A DNA stretch of 64,000 nucleotides from Candidatus Cloacimonadales bacterium (GCA_963678315.1 OY782781.1:736001-800000); one strand, 5' to 3'; counted from the first letter of the stretch, positions 20,417-30,296 are shown. Notes: a model not told the origin generated them from the sequence alone. A program made the numbers and translations.

Positions 20417-21329
20417 GAAAGCACCTGTTTTATTAATAACATTCAACCGTCCTGATACAACAATAAAAGTTTTAGAAAAAATAAAAGAAGCTAAAGTTAG
20501 CAAGCTATACATTTTTAACGACGCTCCACGGAAAGGAAATGAAAATGACCAAAAAGCACGTTCTGAAATCAAAGAAATGTTAAATATAATTGATTGGGAT
20601 TGTGAACTAAATATTTGGTTTTCAGATATCAATTTAGGTTGTGGACCTGGTCCTTCTTCTGCAATTACATGGGCTTTTGAGAATGAAGACCGTTTGGTTA
20701 TTTTAGAAGACGATTGCGTACCAGCTATTCCTTTCTTTAATTATTGTAATGAGCTACTTGAAAGATACAAGAATGATACACGTATATGGATTGTTAGTGG
20801 CAATAATTATTCTGAAGAAAAAAAAGTTTCAGATTCTGATTACTTTTTTTCTACCTATGGCCATTCCTGGGGGTGGGCAACATGGAAAAGATGTTGGGAA
20901 AATTTTGATTTAGAAGTTAAACAATTTCCTAAATATTTCAAAGAAAAGAGGTTTTACGATGCTTTTGGTAGTAAGAAAGAAGCCAACTTTTTTGCTAAAA
21001 TTCAAAAAAAAATATTTGAAGATAAAACTATTTTTGGTCATGTTTGGGATTTTCAAGCAGGTTTTATGGTAAGAGCGAATGGTGGCTTATGTATTAATCC
21101 AAGTAAGAATCTAGTCACAAATATAGGATTTGTTGGTACACATTCAAGCACAAAAAATAAATTTCATAACAGGCCTGTGGATAAGAATTATAGAATTACA
21201 AAGCATCCAGAATTTATTTTGGTTAGCAAAGAATATGATGAGTATCATTTTAGAACCCATTGGAAAAAAATGAAACCTAGTTTGTTAGATAGGGTTTGTA
21301 TTAAAATAAGAAAAATAGTGAAAATATGA
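20409..21329 (+). CDS. GT-A nucleotide-diphospho-sugar transferase (HlpA-like)
   Basis: FNRPD, NLGCG, ILEDDC, WGWATW, NLVTNIGF. Confidence 0.8.
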   Translation: MNEKAPVLLITFNRPDTTIKVLEKIKEAKVSKLYIFNDAPRKGNENDQKARSEIKEMLNIIDWDCELNIWFSDINLGCGPGPSSAITWAFENEDRLVILEDDCVPAIPFFNYCNELLERYKNDTRIWIVSGNNYSEEKKVSDSDYFFSTYGHSWGWATWKRCWENFDLEVKQFPKYFKEKRFYDAFGSKKEANFFAKIQKKIFEDKTIFGHVWDFQAGFMVRANGGLCINPSKNLVTNIGFVGTHSSTKNKFHNRPVDKNYRITKHPEFILVSKEYDEYHFRTHWKKMKPSLLDRVCIKIRKIVKI

Positions 21330-22576
21330 CAAGATTGTCAAAATTCAATTTTATTGATTACATAGTATTTGCGACTTTAACATGTACATTGTTTAATGTA
21401 ATTGTTACTAAACTACCTCCAGGGATAGGGAGCGTAAGATTTTTTTGGGGGCCATTAACTATCATTACGTTATTATTATTTGCAAATTCTATTTATAGTG
21501 TCTCTCCTGTAAAACAACTGATGCTGTTTGGTTTTGTAGTTATGCTTTTATTTAATATGATATTTTGGAGAAATTTATCAGATTGGAATAGAAGAAATTT
21601 TTTAGATGATTTCTATAATATTTTTTTATACACTATAATAATATCGTACTATATAAGATCAAAAAAAGTTGAAAACCTATATTTGATATCAAAAATATCT
21701 TTTATTTACATAATAATTACTGCAATTATGACAAATATTGGTTTATTTTTTGACCCTTTAATAATAAGGGATTCTGCTGTGGGTTTTGGCACTAACGTAC
21801 GTCAAAAGGAAATTTACAACTTATATGGGACAGCTCGCTATGGATATGCACAAGCTTTTGTTTTATTGATACCATTTTGTTTTTATTCTCTTAAACATAA
21901 TAAAAACTCTAATGTAAATAAAAGAATCATGTCAGTCTGTATAGCTTTAATTGTAATAACAACATTAAGATCACAGGTTTTTGCAAATATTATTAATCTA
22001 GTTTTTGTATTTATTTTTTCAATAATTTCAATAGAAAAACGAAAGAGTATGGTGTTACTTATCACTCCTGTAGTTTTGATTGTCATTATTTTACCTAAGA
22101 CAATTTATAGCGATATTATACGTTCATTTACTAGGTATTTTTCAGAAGATTCTAATACATTTCTCAAACTTAATGATTTTGCTGATTTTTTTATTGACCC
22201 AGAAATTGATATGTCCACCGGTACTGGTGGAAGGGCTGCAAGATATCCCTTGTTATGGGAAGCTTTTTTACAAAGCCCTATTGTTGGACACTCATACCTT
22301 GATAAAGGATTAGATATAGAAGCAGGGGGGCATTTGTTTTGGATGAATAGGCTAGCTCATTTTGGGTTAATAGGCTTCTCTATGTTAGTTCATTCTCTTT
22401 ATACCACATTCAAAACTATTAAAAGGAACATAATCAAAAACGAGGGTGTCTATTATTATTTTCTTTCTATAATGTCATTTTTACTATTTGGTTTAATGAA
22501 AAATATTGCAGGAAGAGAGATTTGGGCAATAATATTAGTTGTTATTCCTGGATTGTATTTGAGAAAGAAAAGATAG
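21326..22576 (+). CDS. Polytopic membrane protein, probable O-antigen polymerase/ligase (Wzy-like)
   Basis: About 10 TM segments; R..LW..F..SPIVG and GH..W...LAHFGLIG periplasmic-loop pattern. Confidence 0.7.
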   Translation: MTRLSKFNFIDYIVFATLTCTLFNVIVTKLPPGIGSVRFFWGPLTIITLLLFANSIYSVSPVKQLMLFGFVVMLLFNMIFWRNLSDWNRRNFLDDFYNIFLYTIIISYYIRSKKVENLYLISKISFIYIIITAIMTNIGLFFDPLIIRDSAVGFGTNVRQKEIYNLYGTARYGYAQAFVLLIPFCFYSLKHNKNSNVNKRIMSVCIALIVITTLRSQVFANIINLVFVFIFSIISIEKRKSMVLLITPVVLIVIILPKTIYSDIIRSFTRYFSEDSNTFLKLNDFADFFIDPEIDMSTGTGGRAARYPLLWEAFLQSPIVGHSYLDKGLDIEAGGHLFWMNRLAHFGLIGFSMLVHSLYTTFKTIKRNIIKNEGVYYYFLSIMSFLLFGLMKNIAGREIWAIILVVIPGLYLRKKR

Positions 22577-22588
22577 GAGAGTAAAGCA

Positions 22589-23596
22589 ATGTTCAAAAAT
22601 AAAAAATTATTAATTACTGGGGGTACTGGTTCATTTGGAAACGCAGTACTAAGACGTTTTATCAACACAGATATTGAAGAGATTAGAATCTTCAGTAGAG
22701 ATGAGAAGAAGCAGGATGATTTAAGAAAGAAGCTTAATAATCCTAAAGTTAAATTTTACATTGGTGATGTTAGGGATTTAAGTTCTGTTAATACAGTTAT
22801 GAAAGATGTGGACTATGTTTTCCATGCTGCAGCTCTAAAGCAGGTTCCTTCTTGTGAATTTTTCCCTATTGAGGCAGTGAAAACCAATATTCTTGGTTCA
22901 AACAATGTAATGCAGTCTGCTATGATGCACGGAGTAAAGAAACTTATTGTACTTTCTACTGACAAAGCGGTTTATCCGATTAACGCTATGGGCATTTCCA
23001 AGGCTATGATGGAGTTGGTTATGGTGGCTAACTCTCGTAATGGTGGCGAAGAGACTACTCTCTGCGGAACTCGTTACGGAAACGTAATGGCTTCACGTGG
23101 TTCCGTTATTCCATTGTTCGTAGACCAAATCAAAGCAGGGAAGCCAATCACAATCACAGATCCAAACATGACTCGTTTCATGATGACTCTGGATGATGCT
23201 GTGGACTTAGTCTTATTTGCTTTCGAGCATGGTAAGCAAGGTGATAGATTTGTTCAAAAAGCTCCAGCTTGTACAATTGAAGTTCTTGCAAAAGCTTTAA
23301 AAGAATTGTATAAAGCAGATAATGAAATTAAGTTCATTGGTACACGTCATGGAGAAAAGCTCTATGAATCTCTAGTAAACAGAGAAGAAATGCTTAAGGC
23401 AGAAGATATGGGAGACTATTATAGAATTCCAGCTGACACAAGAGATCTTAACTATAACAAATACTTCTCAGAAGGTGATTCTGGTATTGAAAAGATCACA
23501 GAATATACTTCTCATAATACCCACCGAATGGATGTGGAAGAGACTAAGAAGTTACTGCTTAAGTTAGAGTTTATAAGGGAAGACCTAAATCTTTAG
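22589..23596 (+). CDS. wbjB: UDP-GlcNAc 4,6-dehydratase/5-epimerase (WbjB/FnlA/CapE)
   Basis: ITGGTGSFG, SRDEKKQ, HAAALKQVPSCEF, STDKAVYPINAMG, RYGNVMASRGSVIP. Confidence 0.92.
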   Translation: MFKNKKLLITGGTGSFGNAVLRRFINTDIEEIRIFSRDEKKQDDLRKKLNNPKVKFYIGDVRDLSSVNTVMKDVDYVFHAAALKQVPSCEFFPIEAVKTNILGSNNVMQSAMMHGVKKLIVLSTDKAVYPINAMGISKAMMELVMVANSRNGGEETTLCGTRYGNVMASRGSVIPLFVDQIKAGKPITITDPNMTRFMMTLDDAVDLVLFAFEHGKQGDRFVQKAPACTIEVLAKALKELYKADNEIKFIGTRHGEKLYESLVNREEMLKAEDMGDYYRIPADTRDLNYNKYFSEGDSGIEKITEYTSHNTHRMDVEETKKLLLKLEFIREDLNL

Positions 23597-24225
23597 CCAC
23601 AAATAGCACAGATAAGAAATAATTTTTATCCACTAATTACACAAATAACACGAATTAGAAGATAGTAAGATATTTTAGCCACGAATAACACAAATCTACA
23701 CAAATAAGAAAAATATATTATTATAATGCTAGATGTATATCATAAAGAGTTATGTTATAAAATTATAGGGTGTGCATTTGAAGTGTACAATACTCTTGGA
23801 CCAGGTTTTCTTGAAAAGGTCTACGAAAAAGCCCTATTGCATGAGTTTGCTATAAACAATCTAAATGCAGAATCACAAGTACCATTAAAGATTATATATA
23901 AAGATACAGTTGTTGGAGATTACTTTGCTGACATCATAGTTGATAACAAAGTAATACTAGAATTAAAGTCATGTACAACAATAAATAAATCTCATCAAGC
24001 TCAATTAATAAATTATCTTGTTGCTACGGGAATCAAGGTAGGGTATGTTTTGAACTTTGGTAATGATAATAAACTTGAAAATATAAGAATTGTTAAATAG
24101 TATTATTTGTGAAGATTTGTGCTATTCGTGGCAAAAAAGTCTTCTTTAAATTAGTGTAATTTGTGAAATTCGTGGATAGTTTTCTTTATTGTTTATCAGT
24201 GTTAATCTGTGCTATCCGTGGCTAA
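23593..24225. mobile_element. GxxExxY cassette 3 with three nested inverted-repeat pairs
   Basis: 23593-23613/24205-24225 (19/21), 23627-23656/24149-24178 (26/30), 23678-23707/24103-24132 (28/30). Confidence 0.65.
23726..24100 (+). CDS. GxxExxY protein (PD-(D/E)XK nuclease-like)
   Basis: GFLEKVY; YFADIIVD.KVILELK; QLINYL. Confidence 0.92.
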   Translation: MLDVYHKELCYKIIGCAFEVYNTLGPGFLEKVYEKALLHEFAINNLNAESQVPLKIIYKDTVVGDYFADIIVDNKVILELKSCTTINKSHQAQLINYLVATGIKVGYVLNFGNDNKLENIRIVK

Positions 24226-24243
24226 GAAAAAAAAGGATTTAAA

Positions 24244-25350
24244 ATGAAAATTGGCATAACAGGACAAGCTGGCTTTATCGGCTCTCACCTATACAACAAC
24301 TTAGGCTTGCATGAAGGTATTGAAAGAATCCCCTTTGAAGATGATTTCTTCAAATCTGAGGAATCATTAGATAATTTTGTTAAGCAGTGCGACGTTATTG
24401 TTCACTTAGCGGCTATGAACCGTCATAATGACCCTGAAGTAATTTATAATACAAATATAGAATTAGTAGAAAAGATAATTGCAAGTATCGATAGATGTGC
24501 AACCAATCCACATATTATAATGTCTTCTTCAACTCAAGAGACTCGTGATAATTTATATGGTAAGTCTAAGAAAGAAGGTAGAGAGAAGTTTGTAGCATTT
24601 GCTCAACAAGGAAAGTGTTATTTTACAGGCTTGGTGATTCCTAATGTTTACGGTCCTTTCGGAAGGCCTTACTATAATTCAGTAACATCAACATTTTCTC
24701 ATTTGATAGCTAATAATAAAGAAGTTGAAATTCAGATTGATGCAGAGCTTGAAATGATCTACGTTCAGGATCTGTGCCAAGAAATTATTTCTGTAATTAA
24801 AAATAAAGAATACACTGATGAAAAGCTTCTGCCTTATACAGGCAAATCACTAGTTTCAGATCTAAGAGATAAGATAAAAGCTTTCCATGAAACCTATATT
24901 TCTGGCATAATCCCAAAATTTGAAAACAGATTTGATTTAACACTTTTTAATACCTATAGATGTTACCTTCCACAGGAATATTTTCCTGTAGATTATACTA
25001 AGCATTCTGATAATCGTGGCTCTTTCGTGGAAATTATTAAGAGTTCAGGGCAAGGACAATTCTCCTTCTCAACGACCAAACCTGGAATAACCAGAGGGAA
25101 TCATTATCATACTAGAAAAGTGGAAAGGTTTGCAGTTATTTCTGGAAAAGCTTCTATCAAGCTTAGAAAAATTGGAACAGACCAGGTTATAGAATATATT
25201 CTTGATGGAGAAAAACCAGGCTATGTAGATATGCCTATTTGGTATACTCACAACATCACTAACATTGGTGATGAAGAACTTATAACACTCTTCTGGATTA
25301 ATGAGTTCTATAATCAAGAAGATCCTGATACTTTCTACGAAGAAGTTTAG
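24244..25350 (+). CDS. wbjC: WbjC/FnlB/CapF reductase with C-terminal cupin
   Basis: ITGQAGFIG, HLAAMNR, YGKSK, D.RGSF, RGNHYH..KVERF, YTHNITN. Confidence 0.88.
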   Translation: MKIGITGQAGFIGSHLYNNLGLHEGIERIPFEDDFFKSEESLDNFVKQCDVIVHLAAMNRHNDPEVIYNTNIELVEKIIASIDRCATNPHIIMSSSTQETRDNLYGKSKKEGREKFVAFAQQGKCYFTGLVIPNVYGPFGRPYYNSVTSTFSHLIANNKEVEIQIDAELEMIYVQDLCQEIISVIKNKEYTDEKLLPYTGKSLVSDLRDKIKAFHETYISGIIPKFENRFDLTLFNTYRCYLPQEYFPVDYTKHSDNRGSFVEIIKSSGQGQFSFSTTKPGITRGNHYHTRKVERFAVISGKASIKLRKIGTDQVIEYILDGEKPGYVDMPIWYTHNITNIGDEELITLFWINEFYNQEDPDTFYEEV

Positions 25351-25436
25351 TGTCATACTTTAGCCTTAAGGGTCTCCTTGAAAAAAAGGCGTTTTTTCAA
25401 AGAGGCAAGTAAGGGCCTAGTAATAAAGATTAAAAC

Positions 25437-25692
25437 TAGCCACAGATAACAAAGATAAAAAAAGAAGAAAATATTTTAGCCACAGATAACACGGATTTGC
25501 ACTGATAAAATGCTTAATAAACATCATAGCTTGTTTCATGTTATTTATAGTTAATTTACGAGTATTTTTTTACAGAAAGTTATGTTGGTATTAATTTACT
25601 ATCCATATTTGTCTTTATCTGTGTTTATCAGTGTTATCCGTGGCTAAAAGATGGATTGTCTTATTTGTGAAGATTTGTGCTATTTGTGGCTA
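25437..25692. mobile_element. Empty (gene-less) element made of two nested inverted pairs of the GxxExxY-flank family
   Basis: 25474-25509/25614-25649 (30/36) and 25437-25456/25673-25692 (16/20). Confidence 0.6.
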
Positions 25693-25707
25693 AATAAAGG
25701 AATTATT

Positions 25708-26826
25708 ATGAATAAAATAAAAGTTATAACAATTGTCGGAACCCGTCCTGAGATCATCAGACTTTCCGAAGTAATGAAATTATTAGATAAACACACGAAT
25801 CACGTGACTGTTCATACAGGACAAAACTATGATTTCGAACTGAACGAGATCTTTTATCGCGATTTAGAATTAAGAAAACCAGACTATTATCTTGGAATCA
25901 ATACTTCTTCTTTAGGTCATGTTTTAGGTGAAACCCTTATTAAAGTGGAAGAAGTTTTTAATAAAGAAAAACCTGATGCTGTCTTAATTTTAGGTGATAC
26001 TAATGCATCTATAGCTGGAATTATTGCTAAAAGAATGAAGATACCAGTATTCCACATGGAAGCAGGTAACCGTTCTTTTGATTTCAATGTTCCTGAAGAG
26101 ATAAACAGACGTATCATCGACCATGTTGCGGATTTCAACTTAGTTTATACTGAAAATTCACGAAGACACCTTCTCTCTGAAGGACTTCCTCATAGACATA
26201 TCTATGTGACTGGTTCTCCAATGTTTGAAGTTTTAAATAAGAATATTGAGAAAATTAAGAATTCTGATATTTTAAAGAAATTAGAACTCAAGGAAAAAGA
26301 GTATTTTATAGTTTCAACCCACAGAGAAGAAAATGTAGATAATGAGGAAAATCTAAAAGAGATTGTAAATACTTTAAACGCTCTTACTGTAAATTATGAC
26401 CTTCCGGTTATTGTTTCTACTCACCCAAGAACTAGAAAGCGATTAGAGATGCTCAAAGATATTTCTATAGATAGTAGAATTCAATTCCTTAAACCATTTG
26501 GTTTCTTCGACTATAATAAATTACAAATGTCTTCTATCTGTGCAATCTCCGATAGCGGAACCATAAGTGAAGAATCATCAATGCTTAAGTTTCCTGCCGT
26601 GACTATCAGAAACTCACTAGAAAGACCAGAAGCTATGGACTATGGCTCAATTATCTTGACAGGTTTGAAAGCTGATGTAGTTCTTAACTCAGTAAAACTT
26701 GTACTTGAGGAACCAATGAACTTTAATAAATGTCCAGAATATCAAACAGATAATACATCATACCGTGTCCTCAAGATAATCATGGGACTAAGCGGATTGA
26801 AGAATAGATGGATGGGGATTAAGTGA
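25708..26826 (+). CDS. wbjD: UDP-sugar 2-epimerase, non-hydrolysing (WbjD/FnlC type)
   Basis: VGTRPEIIRL, HTGQNYD, LGDTN, HMEAGNR, DSGTISEE; follows wbjB-wbjC; ATG 25708 after AAAGGA. Confidence 0.85.
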   Translation: MNKIKVITIVGTRPEIIRLSEVMKLLDKHTNHVTVHTGQNYDFELNEIFYRDLELRKPDYYLGINTSSLGHVLGETLIKVEEVFNKEKPDAVLILGDTNASIAGIIAKRMKIPVFHMEAGNRSFDFNVPEEINRRIIDHVADFNLVYTENSRRHLLSEGLPHRHIYVTGSPMFEVLNKNIEKIKNSDILKKLELKEKEYFIVSTHREENVDNEENLKEIVNTLNALTVNYDLPVIVSTHPRTRKRLEMLKDISIDSRIQFLKPFGFFDYNKLQMSSICAISDSGTISEESSMLKFPAVTIRNSLERPEAMDYGSIILTGLKADVVLNSVKLVLEEPMNFNKCPEYQTDNTSYRVLKIIMGLSGLKNRWMGIK

Positions 26827-27980
26827 AGAGAATTACAATTATTACAACTTGTTGCTTCCCTTATGGAGGACCAGCTGAAACATTAGTTCGAAATCTATCA
26901 ATTGGGATTTCTGCTAATGAATGTAATGTCAATGTAGTAAGATTTAGAGGAAAAAGATACACAAAAAAAAATGATGTTGATATAGAAGATAGTAATTATC
27001 TATTTAACAAACCTTTTGATAGTGAACTAGGTAAAATTTTAGAATTAATGCTAAATATACTATACATTCCGATATTTTTGCTTTATCTTAAATTTTTTAA
27101 GAATAAACAAGCAATTATTTTGTATGGTTTTGAGTATACTTATCAAATAATTCCTTTCATAATGTTCTCGAAAATACTGAAGATAAAATGTATTAGGTTT
27201 ATAACTGATCATTATAGAACAACATCTATAGTACCTGTTTGGTGGAAATATCCTAAGTTTATTTCATATATGATTCAAAAAAAATATGTTGACAAATTTC
27301 TTGATGGTGTTGTTGTTTTAAGCTCTTTGCTTTATAAACAATGTCAGGCGAGAGGAGTAAAAAAGGGAAAAATTATTTTGATTCCACATTTCATTGAGAT
27401 TCTAAAGCATACTGTAAAAAGGAAAACATACAATAATAACGTTAATGTTTGTTTTTGCGGAACAGTTGTTGAAGCTAATGGGATTAGTGATTTAATAGAG
27501 GCAATGAACATTGTTCAAAAGAAGTATCAAAATGTTACACTTAAGATAATTGGTAGAGTTGATAAGCAGTATAAAAATAAGTTAGTAACTTTATCAAAAA
27601 AAGAAATACATTTTACTGGGTATTTACACAAAAAAGAAGTAGAAGAAGAACTTGAGAATAGTGATATTTTAATTAACCCTAGAAAATATAGTTTAGCTGC
27701 TGAAGCAGGATTTCCAACAAAATTGGGTGAATATTTTTCATCAAAGAAAGCAGTAGTATCTACAAAACTTGGAGACTTAAAAGACTATTTTATTGATGGT
27801 AAAGAGCTGGTATTTGCTGAACCTGATAAGCCTGTTTCATTAGCTGAAGGTATTATGAAATTGATAGAAGATGAAAATTTAAGAACATATATTGGTCAAA
27901 ATGGTTATAATTGGGCAATAAAAAATCTAAATAACATAACTAATTCAAAGAAATTATTAGACTTTATTGACAAATTGTAA
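26823..27980 (+). CDS. Glycosyltransferase family 4
   Basis: GFPTKLGEY, VVST..GD GT-B motifs. Confidence 0.85.
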   Translation: MKRITIITTCCFPYGGPAETLVRNLSIGISANECNVNVVRFRGKRYTKKNDVDIEDSNYLFNKPFDSELGKILELMLNILYIPIFLLYLKFFKNKQAIILYGFEYTYQIIPFIMFSKILKIKCIRFITDHYRTTSIVPVWWKYPKFISYMIQKKYVDKFLDGVVVLSSLLYKQCQARGVKKGKIILIPHFIEILKHTVKRKTYNNNVNVCFCGTVVEANGISDLIEAMNIVQKKYQNVTLKIIGRVDKQYKNKLVTLSKKEIHFTGYLHKKEVEEELENSDILINPRKYSLAAEAGFPTKLGEYFSSKKAVVSTKLGDLKDYFIDGKELVFAEPDKPVSLAEGIMKLIEDENLRTYIGQNGYNWAIKNLNNITNSKKLLDFIDKL

Positions 27981-27990
27981 AGGAGCAGAA

Positions 27991-28689
27991 ATGAAAGCAG
28001 TAATTCTTGCGGGAGGTCTTGGAACTAGATTAAGACCATTTACAGAAGTAATACCAAAACCACTGTTACCTATTGGGGAGAAATCAGTATTAGAAATTCA
28101 AATAGATGCATTAAAAAAACATGGATTTGATGAAATATATTTAGCGACAAACTATAAATCAGAATATATAGAGAACTTTTTTGGTGATGGTACTAATTTT
28201 GGAGTTAAATTGACTATTAGCAAAGAAACGAAAAAATTAGGAACAGTAGGACCTTTAACTCTCCTAAAAGATGTACTTACAGAACCATTTTTAATGATGA
28301 ATGGAGATATATTAACGCAGCTTGACTATAAAAAGATGTATGACTTTGCAATGTCAAAAAATACAGACCTAACTGTTGGGATTAAAGAGATTGTTACCCC
28401 ATTTCAATATGGTAATATTTTTTATGAAGGTGACTATGTTACAGGTATTCAAGAGAAGCCTAAGATAAAGACAAAAATTTTAGCTGGTATATATATTTTT
28501 AAGCCAGAAATTTTTATAAGAATTCCAGAAGATACTTATTTTGGAATGGATAATTTAATTGAATCTATGTTAGATTCTAAAGAAAATATTGCCAAATACG
28601 AGATTAATGAATATTGGTTAGATATTGGTCAAGTAGCTGATTATAAAAAAGCTCAAGAAGTTTATAAAACTCATTTTGTCAAGGAATAG
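27991..28689 (+). CDS. Sugar-phosphate nucleotidyltransferase
   Basis: MKAVILAGGLGTRLRP..PKPLLPIG, NGD, EKP, WLDIG. Confidence 0.9.
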   Translation: MKAVILAGGLGTRLRPFTEVIPKPLLPIGEKSVLEIQIDALKKHGFDEIYLATNYKSEYIENFFGDGTNFGVKLTISKETKKLGTVGPLTLLKDVLTEPFLMMNGDILTQLDYKKMYDFAMSKNTDLTVGIKEIVTPFQYGNIFYEGDYVTGIQEKPKIKTKILAGIYIFKPEIFIRIPEDTYFGMDNLIESMLDSKENIAKYEINEYWLDIGQVADYKKAQEVYKTHFVKE

Positions 28690-28691
28690 TA

Positions 28692-29678
28692 ATGAAAAAA
28701 GTATTAGTTACAGGAGCTGATGGTTTCATTGGCTCACATTTAGTTGAAAATTTAGTAGATCAGGGATATAATGTAAGAGCTTTTGTCTATTATAATTCTT
28801 TTAATAGATGGGGATGGCTTGATAACTTTTCGAAAGAAAAATTAAATAAAATAGAAATATTTTCTGGTGATATTAGAGATCCAAATGGGGTTAGGGTAGC
28901 AATGGAAGGCATTGATATTGTTTTTCATCTAGCAGCTTTGATTGCAATCCCATTTTCTTATCATTCTCCAGATTCTTATGTTGATACAAATGTAAAAGGA
29001 ACTTTAAATGTCTTACAAGCTGCTAGGCTTTTAGGAACCCCAAGAGTGTTGGTTACTTCTACATCTGAAGTTTATGGTACTGCTCAATTTGTACCTATAA
29101 CAGAAGAACACCCTTACCAAGGTCAATCACCATATTCTGCAAGTAAGATAGGTGCTGATAGAATGGCTGAATCGTTTTATAGATCATTTGATTTGCCTGT
29201 AACTATTGTCAGACCTTTTAACACTTTTGGGCCAAGACAATCAGCCAGAGCTGTTATTCCTACGATTATAACTCAACTATTAAGTGGTTTCCAAGAGATA
29301 AAGCTAGGAGATTTAACTCCTACCAGAGATTTTGTTTATGCTAAAGATACTGCTCAAGGTTTCATTGAAATATCTAAATGTGATAATACTATTGGTCAAG
29401 AAATTAATATAGCAACTCAATCTGAAATATCTATTGGGCAGTTAGCTCAAGAGATGATTAATCAGATTAACCCAAAAGCTAAAATTGTGTGCGACCAACA
29501 AAGAATTAGACCTGAGAAGAGTGAAGTTAATAGACTCTTTGGTTGCAATGAAAAGATAAAGAAACTCACAGATTGGACACCTAAATATACTTTAGCAGAA
29601 GGATTAAAGGAAACTATTGAATGGTTCTCAGACAAGAAGAACTTAGCTCAGTATAAACCAGGTATTTATAATCTTTAA
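28692..29678 (+). CDS. legB: NAD-dependent 4,6-dehydratase, LegB-like
   Basis: VTGADGFIGSH, YYNSFNRWGWLD, HLAALIAIPFSY, QSPYSASK. Confidence 0.8.
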   Translation: MKKVLVTGADGFIGSHLVENLVDQGYNVRAFVYYNSFNRWGWLDNFSKEKLNKIEIFSGDIRDPNGVRVAMEGIDIVFHLAALIAIPFSYHSPDSYVDTNVKGTLNVLQAARLLGTPRVLVTSTSEVYGTAQFVPITEEHPYQGQSPYSASKIGADRMAESFYRSFDLPVTIVRPFNTFGPRQSARAVIPTIITQLLSGFQEIKLGDLTPTRDFVYAKDTAQGFIEISKCDNTIGQEINIATQSEISIGQLAQEMINQINPKAKIVCDQQRIRPEKSEVNRLFGCNEKIKKLTDWTPKYTLAEGLKETIEWFSDKKNLAQYKPGIYNL

Positions 29679-29808
29679 GATTTTTTCACCACAAAGACAC
29701 AAAGAACACTAATAGTTGAAGTAACACAAAAAGAGATTAAACACGGAAGCACAAAAATTCACAAAAACACGATTTATAATAACGTAATGTATATCAAAAG
29801 AGATTGTT

Positions 29809-30206
29809 ATGGAGTCTGTAGATAAACAAAAGATGGCACGTCTAAATAATCTAAGTAAGAAAATTGTAGATTGTTTGTATTGTGTGCATAGAGAACTAGG
29901 TCCAGGTCTGCTTGAAAGAGCCTACCATCTTAGTTTATGCCATGAGTTAGATTTACGGAATATAAAATATCAAAATGAAGTTTATGTTCCAATAAACTAT
30001 AAAGATATGAGAATTGAATCAGCATACAGATTAGATTTGTTAATTGAAGATGAGATAATTATTGAGCTGAAAGCTGTGAAAAAATTAAATCACTATTTGC
30101 ATCCCAATTATTGACATATTTGCGATTAAGTAATAAGAAATTAGGTTTGTTAGTAAATTTCAATGTTAGCAATATTGGCAAAGGTATTAAAAGAATTATT
30201 AATTGA
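29809..30206 (+). pseudogene. Frameshifted GxxExxY gene
   Basis: GLLERAY and YRLDLLIE..IELK in frame; the C-terminus ([28 protein letters not shown]) continues in another frame after ~30091, ending TGA at 30204-30206. Confidence 0.85.
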
Positions 30207-30296
30207 TAAAACTCTTACTAAATATGCAAGAGACTTTTTTGTGTCTTATAGTATTTTTTAGAGATTTTTTGTGTTTAAATAATTAAAGAAGGAAAT

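Noticed and set aside
8661..30280. Integron attC array interpretation of the inverted arms
   Set aside because: No integron integrase in the window and I did not see consistent RYYYAAC/GTTRRRY cores; the arms enclose whole genes rather than forming short attC hairpins
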